A stretch of 64,000 bases of DNA from Terriglobia bacterium (GCA_965198225.1 CBDAOY010000008.1:64001-128000); one strand, 5' to 3'. Shown: positions 31,501 through 41,346, counted from the first letter of the stretch. The notes: a model not told the origin generated them from the letters alone. Numbers and translations are program-made.

Positions 31501-31985
31501 AGAGAACAACTGCGATCTATCCCGGCACTTTCGATCCTGTGACCAACGGTCACCTGGACATCATCGCGCGCAGCAGCAGGCTCTTCGGGAATATCGTCGT
31601 GGCGATCTTGATCAACCCTCAGAAGGACCCCATCTTCTCCGTCGAGGAGCGCCAGGAGTTGATCCGGCAGGCCATCGGTTCCGACACATCCAATGTCGAG
31701 GTCGACGTCTTTCAGGGCTTGTTGGTCAACTACGCAAAGAAGCGCAAGGCGAACGTGATCATAAGGGGAATCCGAGCCGTTTCCGACTATGAATACGAAC
31801 TCCAGATGGCCCTGATGAACCGCCGGCTGGAGCCCGAGATCGAGACCTTTTTCATGCTGCCCGCGGAGAGCTATTCATACCTGAGCTCAGGTTTGATCCG
31901 TGATGTGGCCGAGCATGGCGGTTCGATATCGGGTTTGGTCCCGGACGCCGTCGAGCGGAAACTGTTGGATAAGTTTGGGAAGTGA
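31497..31985 (+). CDS. coaD: Phosphopantetheine adenylyltransferase
   Basis: YPGTFDPVTNGHLDI, IRGIRAVSDYEYE. Confidence 0.97.
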   Translation: MKRTTAIYPGTFDPVTNGHLDIIARSSRLFGNIVVAILINPQKDPIFSVEERQELIRQAIGSDTSNVEVDVFQGLLVNYAKKRKANVIIRGIRAVSDYEYELQMALMNRRLEPEIETFFMLPAESYSYLSSGLIRDVAEHGGSISGLVPDAVERKLLDKFGK

Positions 31986-31988
31986 CAA

Positions 31989-32061
31989 GTGTAGGTGCGG
32001 TCTATGACCGCACATCTCATGGTTCCGTGGGTATTTGTGCGCTCATAGAGCGCACCTACAC
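31989..32061. repeat. GTAG-type REP doublet
   Basis: GTGTAGGTGCGGTCTATGACCGCAC ... GTGCGCTCATAGAGCGCACCTACAC. Confidence 0.9.
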
Positions 32062-32120
32062 TATCCTCCGCGTGCGGAGATCACCTCTAAATACTCAATA
32101 ACGGAAGGTAGACTGAAATA

Positions 32121-33302
32121 ATGGAATTTCAACTAACCGACAAGATCGGACGTATCTCTGCTTCTCAAACGATGGCCGTGGCGGAAGCGGCCACCCGGCT
32201 CCGTGAGAAGGGCCTGGACGTCGTCGACTTTGGCCCCGGTGAGCCGGACTTTCCAACCCCCGATAACATCAAGCAGGCTGGAATTCGCGCGATCGAAGAG
32301 AACTTCAGCAAGTACACGGCCGCGGGCGGTATCAAGGAGCTGAAGCAGGCGATCATCGAAAAGCACGCCCGGGATCTGGGATCGGCTTACGACCTGAGCG
32401 AAGTGCTGGTCAACGTCGGTGGCAAACACTCCGTCTTCAGCATCTTTTCAGCTCTCGTCGATGACGGCGACGAGGTCATCATTCCGACGCCCTACTGGGT
32501 CAGTTTTGCCGACATCACGCGTTACGTCGGTGCGACACCGGTTTTCGTGGACACTCTCGAAGGAGACGGATTTCGGTTGACCGTCGACATGGTGGAAGCC
32601 TCGATCACCGCGAAGACACGGGTGCTGATCGTCAATTCCCCCAACAATCCCAGTGGCGCGGTGCTGGATGACGAGGAGTTCATTCGGATCGCGAAGCTGT
32701 GTCAGGACCGCGGTGTCATCCTGATGTCGGATGAGTGCTACGTGTTTTTCCTCTACGACGACCGGAAGCCTTTCTCGATCGCGTCACAGCCCGACCTGCG
32801 GGACACCATCGTCATCGCGGGCTCACTGTCCAAGACCTATGCCATGACCGGATGGCGCATCGGCTACGTCCTGGGCGACCAGTCTCTCATCAAGGGGATC
32901 GGAAAACTCCAGAGCCATTCGACCTCCAACCCGACGTCGATCGCTCAGAAAGCCGCGGTCGAGGCGCTGACCGGGTCCCAGGACTCCGTTGCCGGGATGC
33001 TGGCGGAGTACGCCAAACGCCGGCGCTACGTCGTCGATAGACTGCGCTCGATTCCCGGCGTTTCCTGTCCCGAGCCGGGCGGGGCCTTCTATGCCTATCC
33101 CAACGTGTCGGCCGCCTTCAACTCGGGCATCAAAGACATCGTCGACTGGTCCGTCCAGCTGCTCGAGAAGCACCAGGTGGCGGTCGTGCCGGGCGTTGCC
33201 TTTGGCACCAGGGAGCACGTCCGCATCTCTTATGCCGCGTCCATGGAGGACCTGAAAAAGGGCCTCGACCGCATCGAGACCTTCATGTCCGACCTAGGGT
33301 AA
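32121..33302 (+). CDS. PLP-dependent aminotransferase class I/II (aspartate aminotransferase-like)
   Basis: GEPDF, NSPNNPSG, SDECY, SLSKTYAMTGWRIGY, GAFY, RISYA. Confidence 0.95.
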   Translation: MEFQLTDKIGRISASQTMAVAEAATRLREKGLDVVDFGPGEPDFPTPDNIKQAGIRAIEENFSKYTAAGGIKELKQAIIEKHARDLGSAYDLSEVLVNVGGKHSVFSIFSALVDDGDEVIIPTPYWVSFADITRYVGATPVFVDTLEGDGFRLTVDMVEASITAKTRVLIVNSPNNPSGAVLDDEEFIRIAKLCQDRGVILMSDECYVFFLYDDRKPFSIASQPDLRDTIVIAGSLSKTYAMTGWRIGYVLGDQSLIKGIGKLQSHSTSNPTSIAQKAAVEALTGSQDSVAGMLAEYAKRRRYVVDRLRSIPGVSCPEPGGAFYAYPNVSAAFNSGIKDIVDWSVQLLEKHQVAVVPGVAFGTREHVRISYAASMEDLKKGLDRIETFMSDLG

Positions 33303-33336
33303 GATGTGCACTCCAATCCGATTAGGCGAGGTTTTA

Positions 33337-34143
33337 ATGAAACGTGTGGTAACAGGAATGTTGCTGGTTCTGCTAGCGGCATCGACCGGTCTGGCGCAGG
33401 TGCCGGACTCTGTCTTTCTCGAGGAATTTACGTGGGTTGAAGTCCGGGATCTGATCGCGGATGGATTCACGACGATCATCATCGCCACGGGAGGAACCGA
33501 GCAGAATGGACCGCACATGGTCCTGGGAAAGCACAATTTTGTGTTGAAGCAAACGACCGACAGGGTGGCGCGAGCGCTGGGGAAGACGCTGGTGGCTCCG
33601 ATATTGGCTTACGTTCCGGAAGGAGACTGGGATGAGCCCTCCGGTCACATGCGCTATGCCGGGACGATCTCGCTGCCGAACGATGTCTTCATGGAAGTCC
33701 TCGAGCACGCCGTCCGCAGCTTTCGCCCCGCCGGCTTCACCGACATCGTCCTGCTGGGCGATTCCGGAGGAAACCAGAACGGGATGCAGCAGGTGGCCGA
33801 CAAGGTCAACGCGGACTGGCAGGGCAGTGGCTACCGCGTCCATTTCGCCAGCGACTACTACCGCAAAGCGATGGACACTCAGCGCGCCTTCCTGATCGAC
33901 AACTACGGCGAGACGCTAGAATCGATCGGATCCCACGCGGGAATCCTGGATACGTCCGAGGTGCTTGCGGTGAACCCGCACCTGATCCGAAAGAGTGAGA
34001 TCGCCATCAACGGAGGGTACGAAGGCAGCGGGGTCACCGGCGATCCGACGCGGGCTTCGGTGGCCCGCGGCGAATTGTTTCTCGCTATCAAGGTCAACAG
34101 CGCAGTCGAACAGATCCGCAAGAGCATAGAGGGAGGGCAGTAA
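33337..34143 (+). CDS. Secreted creatininase-family protein (paralog 1)
   Basis: Signal peptide; LEEFTWVEV, GGTEQNGPH, DSGGN, HAG..DTS, GV.GDPTRAS. Confidence 0.88.
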   Translation: MKRVVTGMLLVLLAASTGLAQVPDSVFLEEFTWVEVRDLIADGFTTIIIATGGTEQNGPHMVLGKHNFVLKQTTDRVARALGKTLVAPILAYVPEGDWDEPSGHMRYAGTISLPNDVFMEVLEHAVRSFRPAGFTDIVLLGDSGGNQNGMQQVADKVNADWQGSGYRVHFASDYYRKAMDTQRAFLIDNYGETLESIGSHAGILDTSEVLAVNPHLIRKSEIAINGGYEGSGVTGDPTRASVARGELFLAIKVNSAVEQIRKSIEGGQ

Positions 34144-34144
34144 C

Positions 34145-35008
34145 GTGACCATCAATCGGAATCGGACGATCGCAGCCGCAGCCGTCCTCCTGGTGTCGAC
34201 CCTGAGCGTCGGCGCCCAGACCCCGGACACCGTGTTCCTGGAAGATCTGACGTGGGTCGAGGTGCGGGCGATGATCGACGACGGCAAGACCGTCGTGATC
34301 ATTCCGACCGGCGGGACGGAACAGAACGGTCCGCACATGCTCCTGGGCAAGCACAACTACATCATCCGCCACACCGCCGAGCAGATGGCGCGCCGGCTCG
34401 GCAACGCCCTGGTGGCGCCCGTCCTCCAGTACGTTCCCGAGGGTGATTACAACCGGGAGGGATTCGGCGACAAACCCGGTGTCATTACAAACCCAACGCC
34501 GACCTTCACGAAGGTCCTCGAATCGGCGGCGCACAGCCTCCAGGCTCACGGGTTCAAGGACATTCTGATCATCGGCGACAGCGGTGGCAACCAGGCGGGC
34601 ATGGAGGCCGCGGCCGACAACGTTAACGCAGAGTGGGCCGGGACCGATTCCCGCGTGTTCGCCCTGAGGGACTACTACGCTGTCGGTGCGGCCAACTACC
34701 GCGCCTGGATGCTCGCGCAGTTCGGGTACGGCCAGGAGACGATTGGCGGGCACGCCGGCATTTCCGACACCTCGCAGGTGCTGGCCGTCTATCCCGCGGG
34801 TATCCGTCTGGAGGAGCGGGCTCCGCTGGGCGGGTTCCCGGATGCGGGCGTTTCGGGCGATCCGACGAAAGCGACGGCTGACATCGGCCGTATGGGACTG
34901 GAGTTCAAGATAAACGCCGGTCTGGCCCAATACCGCGAGATGAAGAACCCTTCGCGTGGGAGGGATGGTCGTGGCGGTCGAGGTCGTGGTAGAGGGCCGG
35001 GCGGCTAG
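34145..35008 (+). CDS. Secreted creatininase-family protein (paralog 2) with Arg/Gly-rich tail
   Basis: Same motifs as paralog 1; ends RGRDGRGGRGRGRGPGG. Confidence 0.88.
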   Translation: MTINRNRTIAAAAVLLVSTLSVGAQTPDTVFLEDLTWVEVRAMIDDGKTVVIIPTGGTEQNGPHMLLGKHNYIIRHTAEQMARRLGNALVAPVLQYVPEGDYNREGFGDKPGVITNPTPTFTKVLESAAHSLQAHGFKDILIIGDSGGNQAGMEAAADNVNAEWAGTDSRVFALRDYYAVGAANYRAWMLAQFGYGQETIGGHAGISDTSQVLAVYPAGIRLEERAPLGGFPDAGVSGDPTKATADIGRMGLEFKINAGLAQYREMKNPSRGRDGRGGRGRGRGPGG

Positions 35009-35043
35009 TGAGGGGCTTTCCAGGCCGCTCATCGCGTATCCCG

Positions 35044-35113
35044 GTGTAGGTGCGGTCTATGACCGCACAGTCTTCGAGCCGAAACAATGTGCGCTCATAG
35101 AGCGCACCTACAC
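35044..35113. repeat. GTAG-type REP doublet overlapping the mutY stop codon
   Basis: Same two REP variants in inverted orientation; CTA at 35108-35110 is the mutY TAG. Confidence 0.9.
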
Positions 35114-36040
35114 CTTCCGGTCGGTAATCGCGTGAATCTTTCTGGTCAAAGAGGTAACCGGTAGATCTCCAAACGCGACTCGGCGATAGCCTCTCCTTCG
35201 TCCGAGCTTGCCTGTAAACACATCCACCGCGATCCGGTGGTGGGTGATCGTGTGGCGGCAGTTCCCGAGCTTCGCGAACGATCCGTGTGGCAGTTCGTCG
35301 AAGGTCGGGAATTCCCAGAAACCGCCCGACTCCCGCATCAGGAACCCCCGCTCGTTCCGGTCGACGACGGCGAAGAAACGGACGTGCACGGTCTTCCGAC
35401 GTTTTCGGGGCGCCGGGAGACTCTCCGGGCTTCCGCCGGCGAACGCCTTGCAGCGCGGACCAAGCGGGCACGACACACATTTTGGCGCCTTGAACGTGCA
35501 GACCGTCGCGCCCAACTCCATCAAAGCCTGGTTGACGATCCGCGGTTCGGCCGACTGGACCATCTCCGTGGCCGCATTCCAGAGGGACTTGGGATCCTCC
35601 ACAGCCCACCCGTTCAGGCGCGACAGCACGCGTCGCACGTTGCCGTCCACGATCGGGTACGGCTTGCTGAACGCGATGCTCATGATCGCCCCGGCCATGT
35701 AGCGACCGATCCCCGGTAGAGCCAGCAGGGCATCGTAGTCGTTCGGAATCGTTCCGTCGTGATCGTCGGCCACACGCCTTGCCGCCTCGTGGAAGTTTCT
35801 GGCGCGGCTGTAGTAGCCCAGCCCGGACCAGAGGCGAAGCACCTCCTCTAGATCGGCGGCTGCGAGGTCTTCGAGTCCCGGAAAGCGTTCGAGGAAGCGG
35901 TCGTAGTAAGGAAGTACCGTATCGACCTGGGTCTGCTGCAGCATCACCTCTGAGACCCAGACATGGTAGGGATCGTAGGATTCGCGCCAGGGAAGTGCCC
36001 GGTGGCTGGCTTCGAACCAGTCGACCAGAGCCTGAATCAT
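35108..36040 (-). CDS. mutY: A/G-specific adenine glycosylase
   Basis: LPWR, WVSEVMLQQTQV, WSGLGYYSRARN, LPGIGRY, VDGNVRRV, CxxxxxxCxxCxxxxxC Fe-S motif. Confidence 0.96.
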   Translation of the reverse strand: MIQALVDWFEASHRALPWRESYDPYHVWVSEVMLQQTQVDTVLPYYDRFLERFPGLEDLAAADLEEVLRLWSGLGYYSRARNFHEAARRVADDHDGTIPNDYDALLALPGIGRYMAGAIMSIAFSKPYPIVDGNVRRVLSRLNGWAVEDPKSLWNAATEMVQSAEPRIVNQALMELGATVCTFKAPKCVSCPLGPRCKAFAGGSPESLPAPRKRRKTVHVRFFAVVDRNERGFLMRESGGFWEFPTFDELPHGSFAKLGNCRHTITHHRIAVDVFTGKLGRRRGYRRVAFGDLPVTSLTRKIHAITDRKV

Positions 36041-36043
36041 CGT

Positions 36044-37189
36044 CTAACCGGCGGTGGACAGCTGGCCTTCGCGGATTTCGGCCGATTCACGCAGGTCCTG
36101 TTCGATCTTCTTGATCTGAACCAGGTGCTGAGGATTGAACGCGAGTGACGGGTAGTAGCAGTTGCTTTCGTGCGTGCAGAAGCAACCGTCGGCGACCTGC
36201 TCCCGCCTGGCATCCATTTTTGGGGAATACCAGAGCTTCGAAAAGTCCCAGTCGTAGTCGCGCAGGTTGCCGACGCCCTCCAGGATCTCGCAGCTGGAAA
36301 CCGTGCCTTCGTCGTAGATCACCCCTCCGGCGTCGCCGGCAAAGCATCGGAGCTGCGGACGGCCTTCCAGGGCGGTTTTCGCGATGAGCTCGTGCATGTA
36401 CACGTCGATGGCTGCCTTGAAGAAGCCGGCATCTCCTCCGTAGCTGTTCTTCAGGGCCGCGTGGGCCGAGTCCTGCCCGATTGATTCGGTCAACTTGTAG
36501 TAGCGGGAGATATCGATGTCGAGCTCCTTGGGGACGGCGGAAGGAGGCCGGATGTAGTTGACGTTCACCTTGTCGGGCTTCAGGTCGTTCTTCAGGAAAT
36601 CGTACCACTCGAAAATCCGGTCCTGGTTGCTGTTCATGAAGCAGGTGCAGGTCTGGATGTCGAGCTGCGGGTGATCTTTCTTGATTCCCTGGAGCTGCCG
36701 CGCCGTGTCGATGACCCGATCCCAGCTTCCCGGCTTCTGCCGGATCTTGTCGTGCTCTTCGGCGAGGCCGTCGATTCCGAGAGCCACAGTGACGTTCAGC
36801 TTTGGACACTCCTCGAGTATTCGACTGACATCGGGCAGGACCCTTTGCTGGATCTGGCCGTTCGACATCAAATAGATCGACTCAAGGCGGTTGTTTTCGT
36901 GGAACGCCCGCGCGATCTCGGGAAGATCCTTGCGGGTAAACGGTTCGCCGCCGGCGATGACCAGGACCCCGAGGTTCGCCCCGAGCGTCTCGCTGATGCG
37001 CGCGATCTCGTGGGTCTTCATCTGCAGCTTCTTGCGGGGCTTGTCGTCCAATTCGTCGGTGAAGAAACAGTGCACGCACCGCATGTCACACACCGAGGTA
37101 ACGAGGATGTTCAGCAGGATCGGCGCAAACGGGCGTCCCGTAACCATCCGAGCGTACCGTTTCAGTATTTCTTTATTGTGAAAGTCCAT
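36044..37189 (-). CDS. Radical SAM protein with twitch/SPASM-like C-terminus, function unknown
   Basis: CDMRCVHC, AGGEPF, CFAG...G.VSSCE, CFCTHESNC. Confidence 0.88.
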   Translation of the reverse strand: MDFHNKEILKRYARMVTGRPFAPILLNILVTSVCDMRCVHCFFTDELDDKPRKKLQMKTHEIARISETLGANLGVLVIAGGEPFTRKDLPEIARAFHENNRLESIYLMSNGQIQQRVLPDVSRILEECPKLNVTVALGIDGLAEEHDKIRQKPGSWDRVIDTARQLQGIKKDHPQLDIQTCTCFMNSNQDRIFEWYDFLKNDLKPDKVNVNYIRPPSAVPKELDIDISRYYKLTESIGQDSAHAALKNSYGGDAGFFKAAIDVYMHELIAKTALEGRPQLRCFAGDAGGVIYDEGTVSSCEILEGVGNLRDYDWDFSKLWYSPKMDARREQVADGCFCTHESNCYYPSLAFNPQHLVQIKKIEQDLRESAEIREGQLSTAG

Positions 37190-37293
37190 GGGGGCTTTGC
37201 CAGTAGTCAGTTGTCAGTAGTCGGTAGTCAGTTATCGAACCACCCCGTCTGCACCTGCGGTGCAGCCACCCCTCCTTATCCAAGGAGGGGAGT
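37190..37293. repeat. Inverted copy of the heptamer + CCCCTCC-GGAGGGG repeat (copy 2)
   Basis: CAGTAGT heptamers then AACCACCCCGTCTGCACCTGCGGTGCAGCCACCCCTCCTTATCCAAGGAGGGGAG. Confidence 0.82.
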
Positions 37294-37320
37294 TTTCGCG
37301 CCTCTCTTGCTGGTGACTCC

Positions 37321-38862
37321 TCAAGAGACCGAGTATACAGTTTTTCCACCCAGGATCGTCATCAGAACATCCAGGTTGTGGATGTTGTCGGTGTCGAACG
37401 GATCTTCGGAAACCACGACCATGTCGGCGAGCTTGCCGACGTCAATCGATCCCTTGCCGTTCTCCTCCCCGGAGGCGTACGCACCGCCGATTGTGAAAGC
37501 CTGGAGCACCTCGCGAAGTGACAGGGCCTCTTCGGTGAAGAAATCCTGGCCGCCGAGGGAGCGCCGGTTCCGGGCGACTTCGATCGACGGCAGCACGGCG
37601 GGGGACTCGACCGGGCAGTCCGATCCGAATGCCAGCTTCATCCCCGCCTCTCTCAGGCTCTTGAACGCGTACGCATATCGGCTGCGCCCACCCCAGTATT
37701 CGTGCGCGATTTCCGCGTCGGAGCTCATGTGGATCGGCTGGACCGACGCGATGAGGTTGAGGGCACCGAGACGGCTGAGGTCGTCGGGGTCGATCAACTG
37801 GACGTGCTCGATGCGGTGGCGTAGGCTCGAGCTCGGGACGCGCTCGAAATGATCGATCGCGCGCCGGACCGCCTTGTCGCCGATCGCGTGCATCGCCACC
37901 GAGATTCCGGACTCTGTCGCGCGATCGACGAGGGAGGCGAGTTCCTCATCCCTCGTGTAGGTGATGCCGCAACTGCCGGAGCGCTCGAAGGGCTGGAGCA
38001 TCTCGGCGGTCTGTGACCCGAGGGTTCCGTCGAGAAATATCTTCAGCGGACCGACGCGCAGGAACTCGTCGCCGAAACCGGTCCTGATCCCATTGTCAGT
38101 GAACTCGTCGAGGTTCGTCTTCGCGATCAATGTATGGAATCGAAGCCCCAGCCCCTCGGTCTGGTTCAGGTAGGACAGGGTTTTGAATTCGTCGAGTCCC
38201 TCCATCGTGTGGACGGAGGTGATCCCGAAGCGATGAAAGTCGGGTGTTGCGGCACGGACCGAATCGATCCAATCCTGGCGGGACGGCGGCGGGATGAGGT
38301 TGCGGAACTCCTCCATCGCCCTTTCCCGAATGACGCCCGTCAGTTCGCCGGTAACGGGATCGCGATCGATCCGGCCCCCTTGAGGGTCCGGAGTGTGAGG
38401 TCCCCACCCGACCGCTTCCAGCGCACGGGTGTTTACCCAGAACAGGTGAACATCCTTGCGTGTGAGAACAACCGGGTTGTCCGGAGCGACTTCGTCCAGG
38501 TCCTGCCGCGTCGGCCAGCGGTCCCAGAGGTTCTGATTCCAGCCAATTCCCCGAATCCATTCGCCCGCGGGTTTCTTCGAGACAAACTGCCGGACGCACT
38601 CGACCGCTTCTTCGATCGGAGCCACTCGGTCGAGGTCGATTCCCGACAGGCTCAGGCCGTAGTAGCAGAAGTGGGTGTGGGAGTCGATAAAGCCGGGGAC
38701 CACCGTTCGACCCCCGAGATCGATGACCTCTGTCTTGGGACCCCGACTGACATCCCCCACTTCCGCGATGCGGCCGGCCAGTACCGAGACCGAGGAGACA
38801 GTACGGTCAAAAGAGGAGCCGACGTAGATCCTTCCGTTGGTCAGGACGACATCGGGTTCCAT
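37321..38862 (-). CDS. Amidohydrolase 3 (YtcJ-like) metal-dependent hydrolase
   Basis: DLGGRTVVPGFIDSHTH, KIFLDGTLG, HAIGDKAV, RHRIEHVQ, FGSDCPV, GKLADMVV; start placed at ATG 38862 because further upstream is the repeat element. Confidence 0.93.
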   Translation of the reverse strand: MEPDVVLTNGRIYVGSSFDRTVSSVSVLAGRIAEVGDVSRGPKTEVIDLGGRTVVPGFIDSHTHFCYYGLSLSGIDLDRVAPIEEAVECVRQFVSKKPAGEWIRGIGWNQNLWDRWPTRQDLDEVAPDNPVVLTRKDVHLFWVNTRALEAVGWGPHTPDPQGGRIDRDPVTGELTGVIRERAMEEFRNLIPPPSRQDWIDSVRAATPDFHRFGITSVHTMEGLDEFKTLSYLNQTEGLGLRFHTLIAKTNLDEFTDNGIRTGFGDEFLRVGPLKIFLDGTLGSQTAEMLQPFERSGSCGITYTRDEELASLVDRATESGISVAMHAIGDKAVRRAIDHFERVPSSSLRHRIEHVQLIDPDDLSRLGALNLIASVQPIHMSSDAEIAHEYWGGRSRYAYAFKSLREAGMKLAFGSDCPVESPAVLPSIEVARNRRSLGGQDFFTEEALSLREVLQAFTIGGAYASGEENGKGSIDVGKLADMVVVSEDPFDTDNIHNLDVLMTILGGKTVYSVS

Positions 38863-38871
38863 TCGGTGGCT

Positions 38872-39145
38872 AGTGGCCTGCAACGGAGATATCGGCACCA
38901 TCGCCGATGGGTCTTGCCAGTCGAGGTCGAGGAGAGAGGAGGAATTGATGCGGTTTCATCATGACGACGAACGACAAAGAGATCGACGGCAACCCCCATC
39001 GGCCCGGAGGGTTGCGGCGGAACGGTGGGGTCTTCGTTGCCGCTACCATTTCATTGTAAGACCCGCTTCTCACGGGTTGTCGGCTCCTAGAATCCGGCGC
39101 CGTTCCACCGCAACGCTGGTACCGATATCTCCGTTACAGGCCACT
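38872..39145. mobile_element. 274 bp structured non-coding element with 29 bp terminal inverted repeats (copy 2)
   Basis: AGTGGCCTGCAACGGAGATATCGGCACCA ... TGGTACCGATATCTCCGTTACAGGCCACT; core shared with 22895-23167. Confidence 0.8.
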
Positions 39146-39147
39146 CG

Positions 39148-40113
39148 TTACCGATTCTGCGCAGTCGGCTTGCCGTCAGGCGCGCGGTAGCCTGGCTTGG
39201 TCCGAACCGACATCTTCGGGAATCCACGCGGGGCGTTCACCTTGACTTCGACGTCGCGCCAGGTTCCGTCGAGATTCCTGTTGGACGGGTTGTATCCGAT
39301 CGTGTAGTGGTTGCGGAGGTCATGCGCGATCTGGCGGCACAGCTCCTCGACCTCTGCGAGACTTTTCGGGAAGAAGGCTTCGCCGCCGGTCGTTTCGGCG
39401 ATCTCTTCGAGCGCCTTCTTCGCCTTCTGTGACGGAGACTTCCGGAAGAGTCCGCCCCGCTGATCGTTCTCCTCCAGCAGACCGATCGCGTAGACGGTCA
39501 CGTTGGCGTCGCGGAGCCTCTCGATCACCTCGTCGAACGTGTAGCTGCTCTTGTTGTCTTCGCCGTCCGTGATCACGAGCAGCGCTTTCTTGTCCATCCG
39601 CCCATCCGTTTCGACATGCTCGGTGGACAGATACACTGCATCGTTGAACGCCGTCTCTCCGCGGGTGTCGATGTTGTCCAGCGTGTCCATCAGGTTGCCG
39701 ATACTGCCGGTGAAATTCTGTTCCAGGTAGGCGGAATCGTCGAAGTTCACGATGAATGTTTCGTCCTCGGGATTGCTCTCCCGGACGAAGGTTAGAGCCG
39801 CGCTGTTCACCCGCTCGCGCCTGTTCCGCATGCTGCCGCTGTTGTCGATGACCAGCCCGACGCTGATGGGAACGTCCTCGTGTTTGAAGAGCGCGATCTG
39901 TTGCGGAACCCTGTCCTCGAGCACCTGAAAATGTGCTTGCTCCAGGCCGAGAACAGGCTGTCCATCCCGGTCGACGACCGACACGGGAAGCTGGACCAGC
40001 TGCACATCGACACTGATCTGAAAATCCTTACCTGGTTCTTTCTGGAGTTGCTGGGCCCCGGCGAGCGTTGCCGGAATGATCAGGAGGGCGATTGCGATGA
40101 GACGTCGGTACAC
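39148..40113 (-). CDS. Secreted VWA-domain protein (acidobacterial VWFA-related type)
   Basis: Signal peptide, VDVQLVQLPVSV.D, MIDAS DNSGSM, ITDGEDN, TGG.AFFP, Y.IGY.P. Confidence 0.9.
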   Translation of the reverse strand: MYRRLIAIALLIIPATLAGAQQLQKEPGKDFQISVDVQLVQLPVSVVDRDGQPVLGLEQAHFQVLEDRVPQQIALFKHEDVPISVGLVIDNSGSMRNRRERVNSAALTFVRESNPEDETFIVNFDDSAYLEQNFTGSIGNLMDTLDNIDTRGETAFNDAVYLSTEHVETDGRMDKKALLVITDGEDNKSSYTFDEVIERLRDANVTVYAIGLLEENDQRGGLFRKSPSQKAKKALEEIAETTGGEAFFPKSLAEVEELCRQIAHDLRNHYTIGYNPSNRNLDGTWRDVEVKVNAPRGFPKMSVRTKPGYRAPDGKPTAQNR

Positions 40114-40144
40114 TTCAACTCAGGCTGTCCATCCGGAGGCGGTG

Positions 40145-41071
40145 CTACTGAACCGGTCCGTAGTAACCTTGTTTGGCCCGAACGGTGAGGCGCGGGAGAC
40201 CGCGCGGAGGGTTGACCTTGACCTGAACCTTACGCCACTTACCGTCCTTGCCCTCGTTTGTAGAAAAGTATCCGATGACGTACTGGTTCTTCAGCTCCAC
40301 GGCGATCTTCGTCGTAATGTCTTCGAGCTCGTAGACCGAGTTCGGGAAAAAGGATCGACCGCCGGTGACCTCGGACAGTTCCTCGATCAACGCGCGGCCC
40401 GTCCGCCCCATCGCCAGTTGCGAGTTCCAGTTGTTGACGATCCCGATCGAGTAGATCTGGACGTCGGACTCCTTGACGAACTCCCGGACGTTGCCGAAGG
40501 TGTAGCGGCTGCGGTTGTCCTCGCCGTCGGTGATCATCAGCAGCGCTTTCTTCGGGTTCGAACCTTCGTCGACTTTTTCCAGCGCGAGGTAAACGGCGTC
40601 GTAGAGCGCCGTCATGCCCTTGGCCGGTGTGAAGATCAACTGGTTCTGCAGTCGGGAAATGTCGGTCGTGAAGTCCTGGGCGATCGATGGCTTGGCGCTG
40701 AACTCGGCCAGAAAGTACTCGTCTTCGGGGCTACCTGTCTTGAGGAACGTCACCGCGGCGTCGCGTGCGATGGACAGCTTGTCCTTCATGCTTCCGCTGA
40801 CGTCGAATACGATGCCGAGGCTGAGTGCAACGTCCTCTGCTGAAAAGTACTGGAGTTCCTGCTCGACGCGGTCTTCGAAGATCTCGAAATGCTCGCCTTC
40901 CAGACCCGTGACGTAACGATTCTGAGGGTCCGTTACGGTCGCGTTGATCAGCACGAGATCGACGTCGACCTTGAGGGTCTGGTTCAGCGCCTGCCGCATG
41001 TCCTGCGAATATGCGACCACCGCAACCAGCATGAAGGCAGATATGGTTAGAACCCACTTCTTACCCTTCAT
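40145..41071 (-). CDS. Secreted VWA-domain protein (paralog)
   Basis: DVSGSM, TALYDAV, ITDGEDN, TGGRSFFP, QYVIGY; ATG 41071 follows an AAGGGAG RBS. Confidence 0.9.
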   Translation of the reverse strand: MKGKKWVLTISAFMLVAVVAYSQDMRQALNQTLKVDVDLVLINATVTDPQNRYVTGLEGEHFEIFEDRVEQELQYFSAEDVALSLGIVFDVSGSMKDKLSIARDAAVTFLKTGSPEDEYFLAEFSAKPSIAQDFTTDISRLQNQLIFTPAKGMTALYDAVYLALEKVDEGSNPKKALLMITDGEDNRSRYTFGNVREFVKESDVQIYSIGIVNNWNSQLAMGRTGRALIEELSEVTGGRSFFPNSVYELEDITTKIAVELKNQYVIGYFSTNEGKDGKWRKVQVKVNPPRGLPRLTVRAKQGYYGPVQ

Positions 41072-41346
41072 CGGCAACACTCCCTTTGCCGGCCCTCTCT
41101 AGAGCCCCTAAATAGAGTAAGTTGAACAAGTTGTCAGACTTGTTTGACCCGATTATAGTCATTCGTCATTCCCAGCGCAAGTCCGGATTCCCACACGACC
41201 TTTGTATGCTTAGAGTTAGGTCAAAACTGGTCCCGTCGACTACTTTTCTTTTCCGTCCTAAAGCTCCCAATCCGCTCCTGACGGTGTGCTATAGTCACCG
41301 TTGGATTTACAGAGATACGACCACCCGTTACGGGTTTTCGGTCTTG

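Noticed and set aside
36044-37189. Assignment of this rSAM as HpnH or as part of the RiPP pathway
   Set aside because: It lacks recognisable HpnH motifs, has no nearby precursor and lies 16 kb from the cluster
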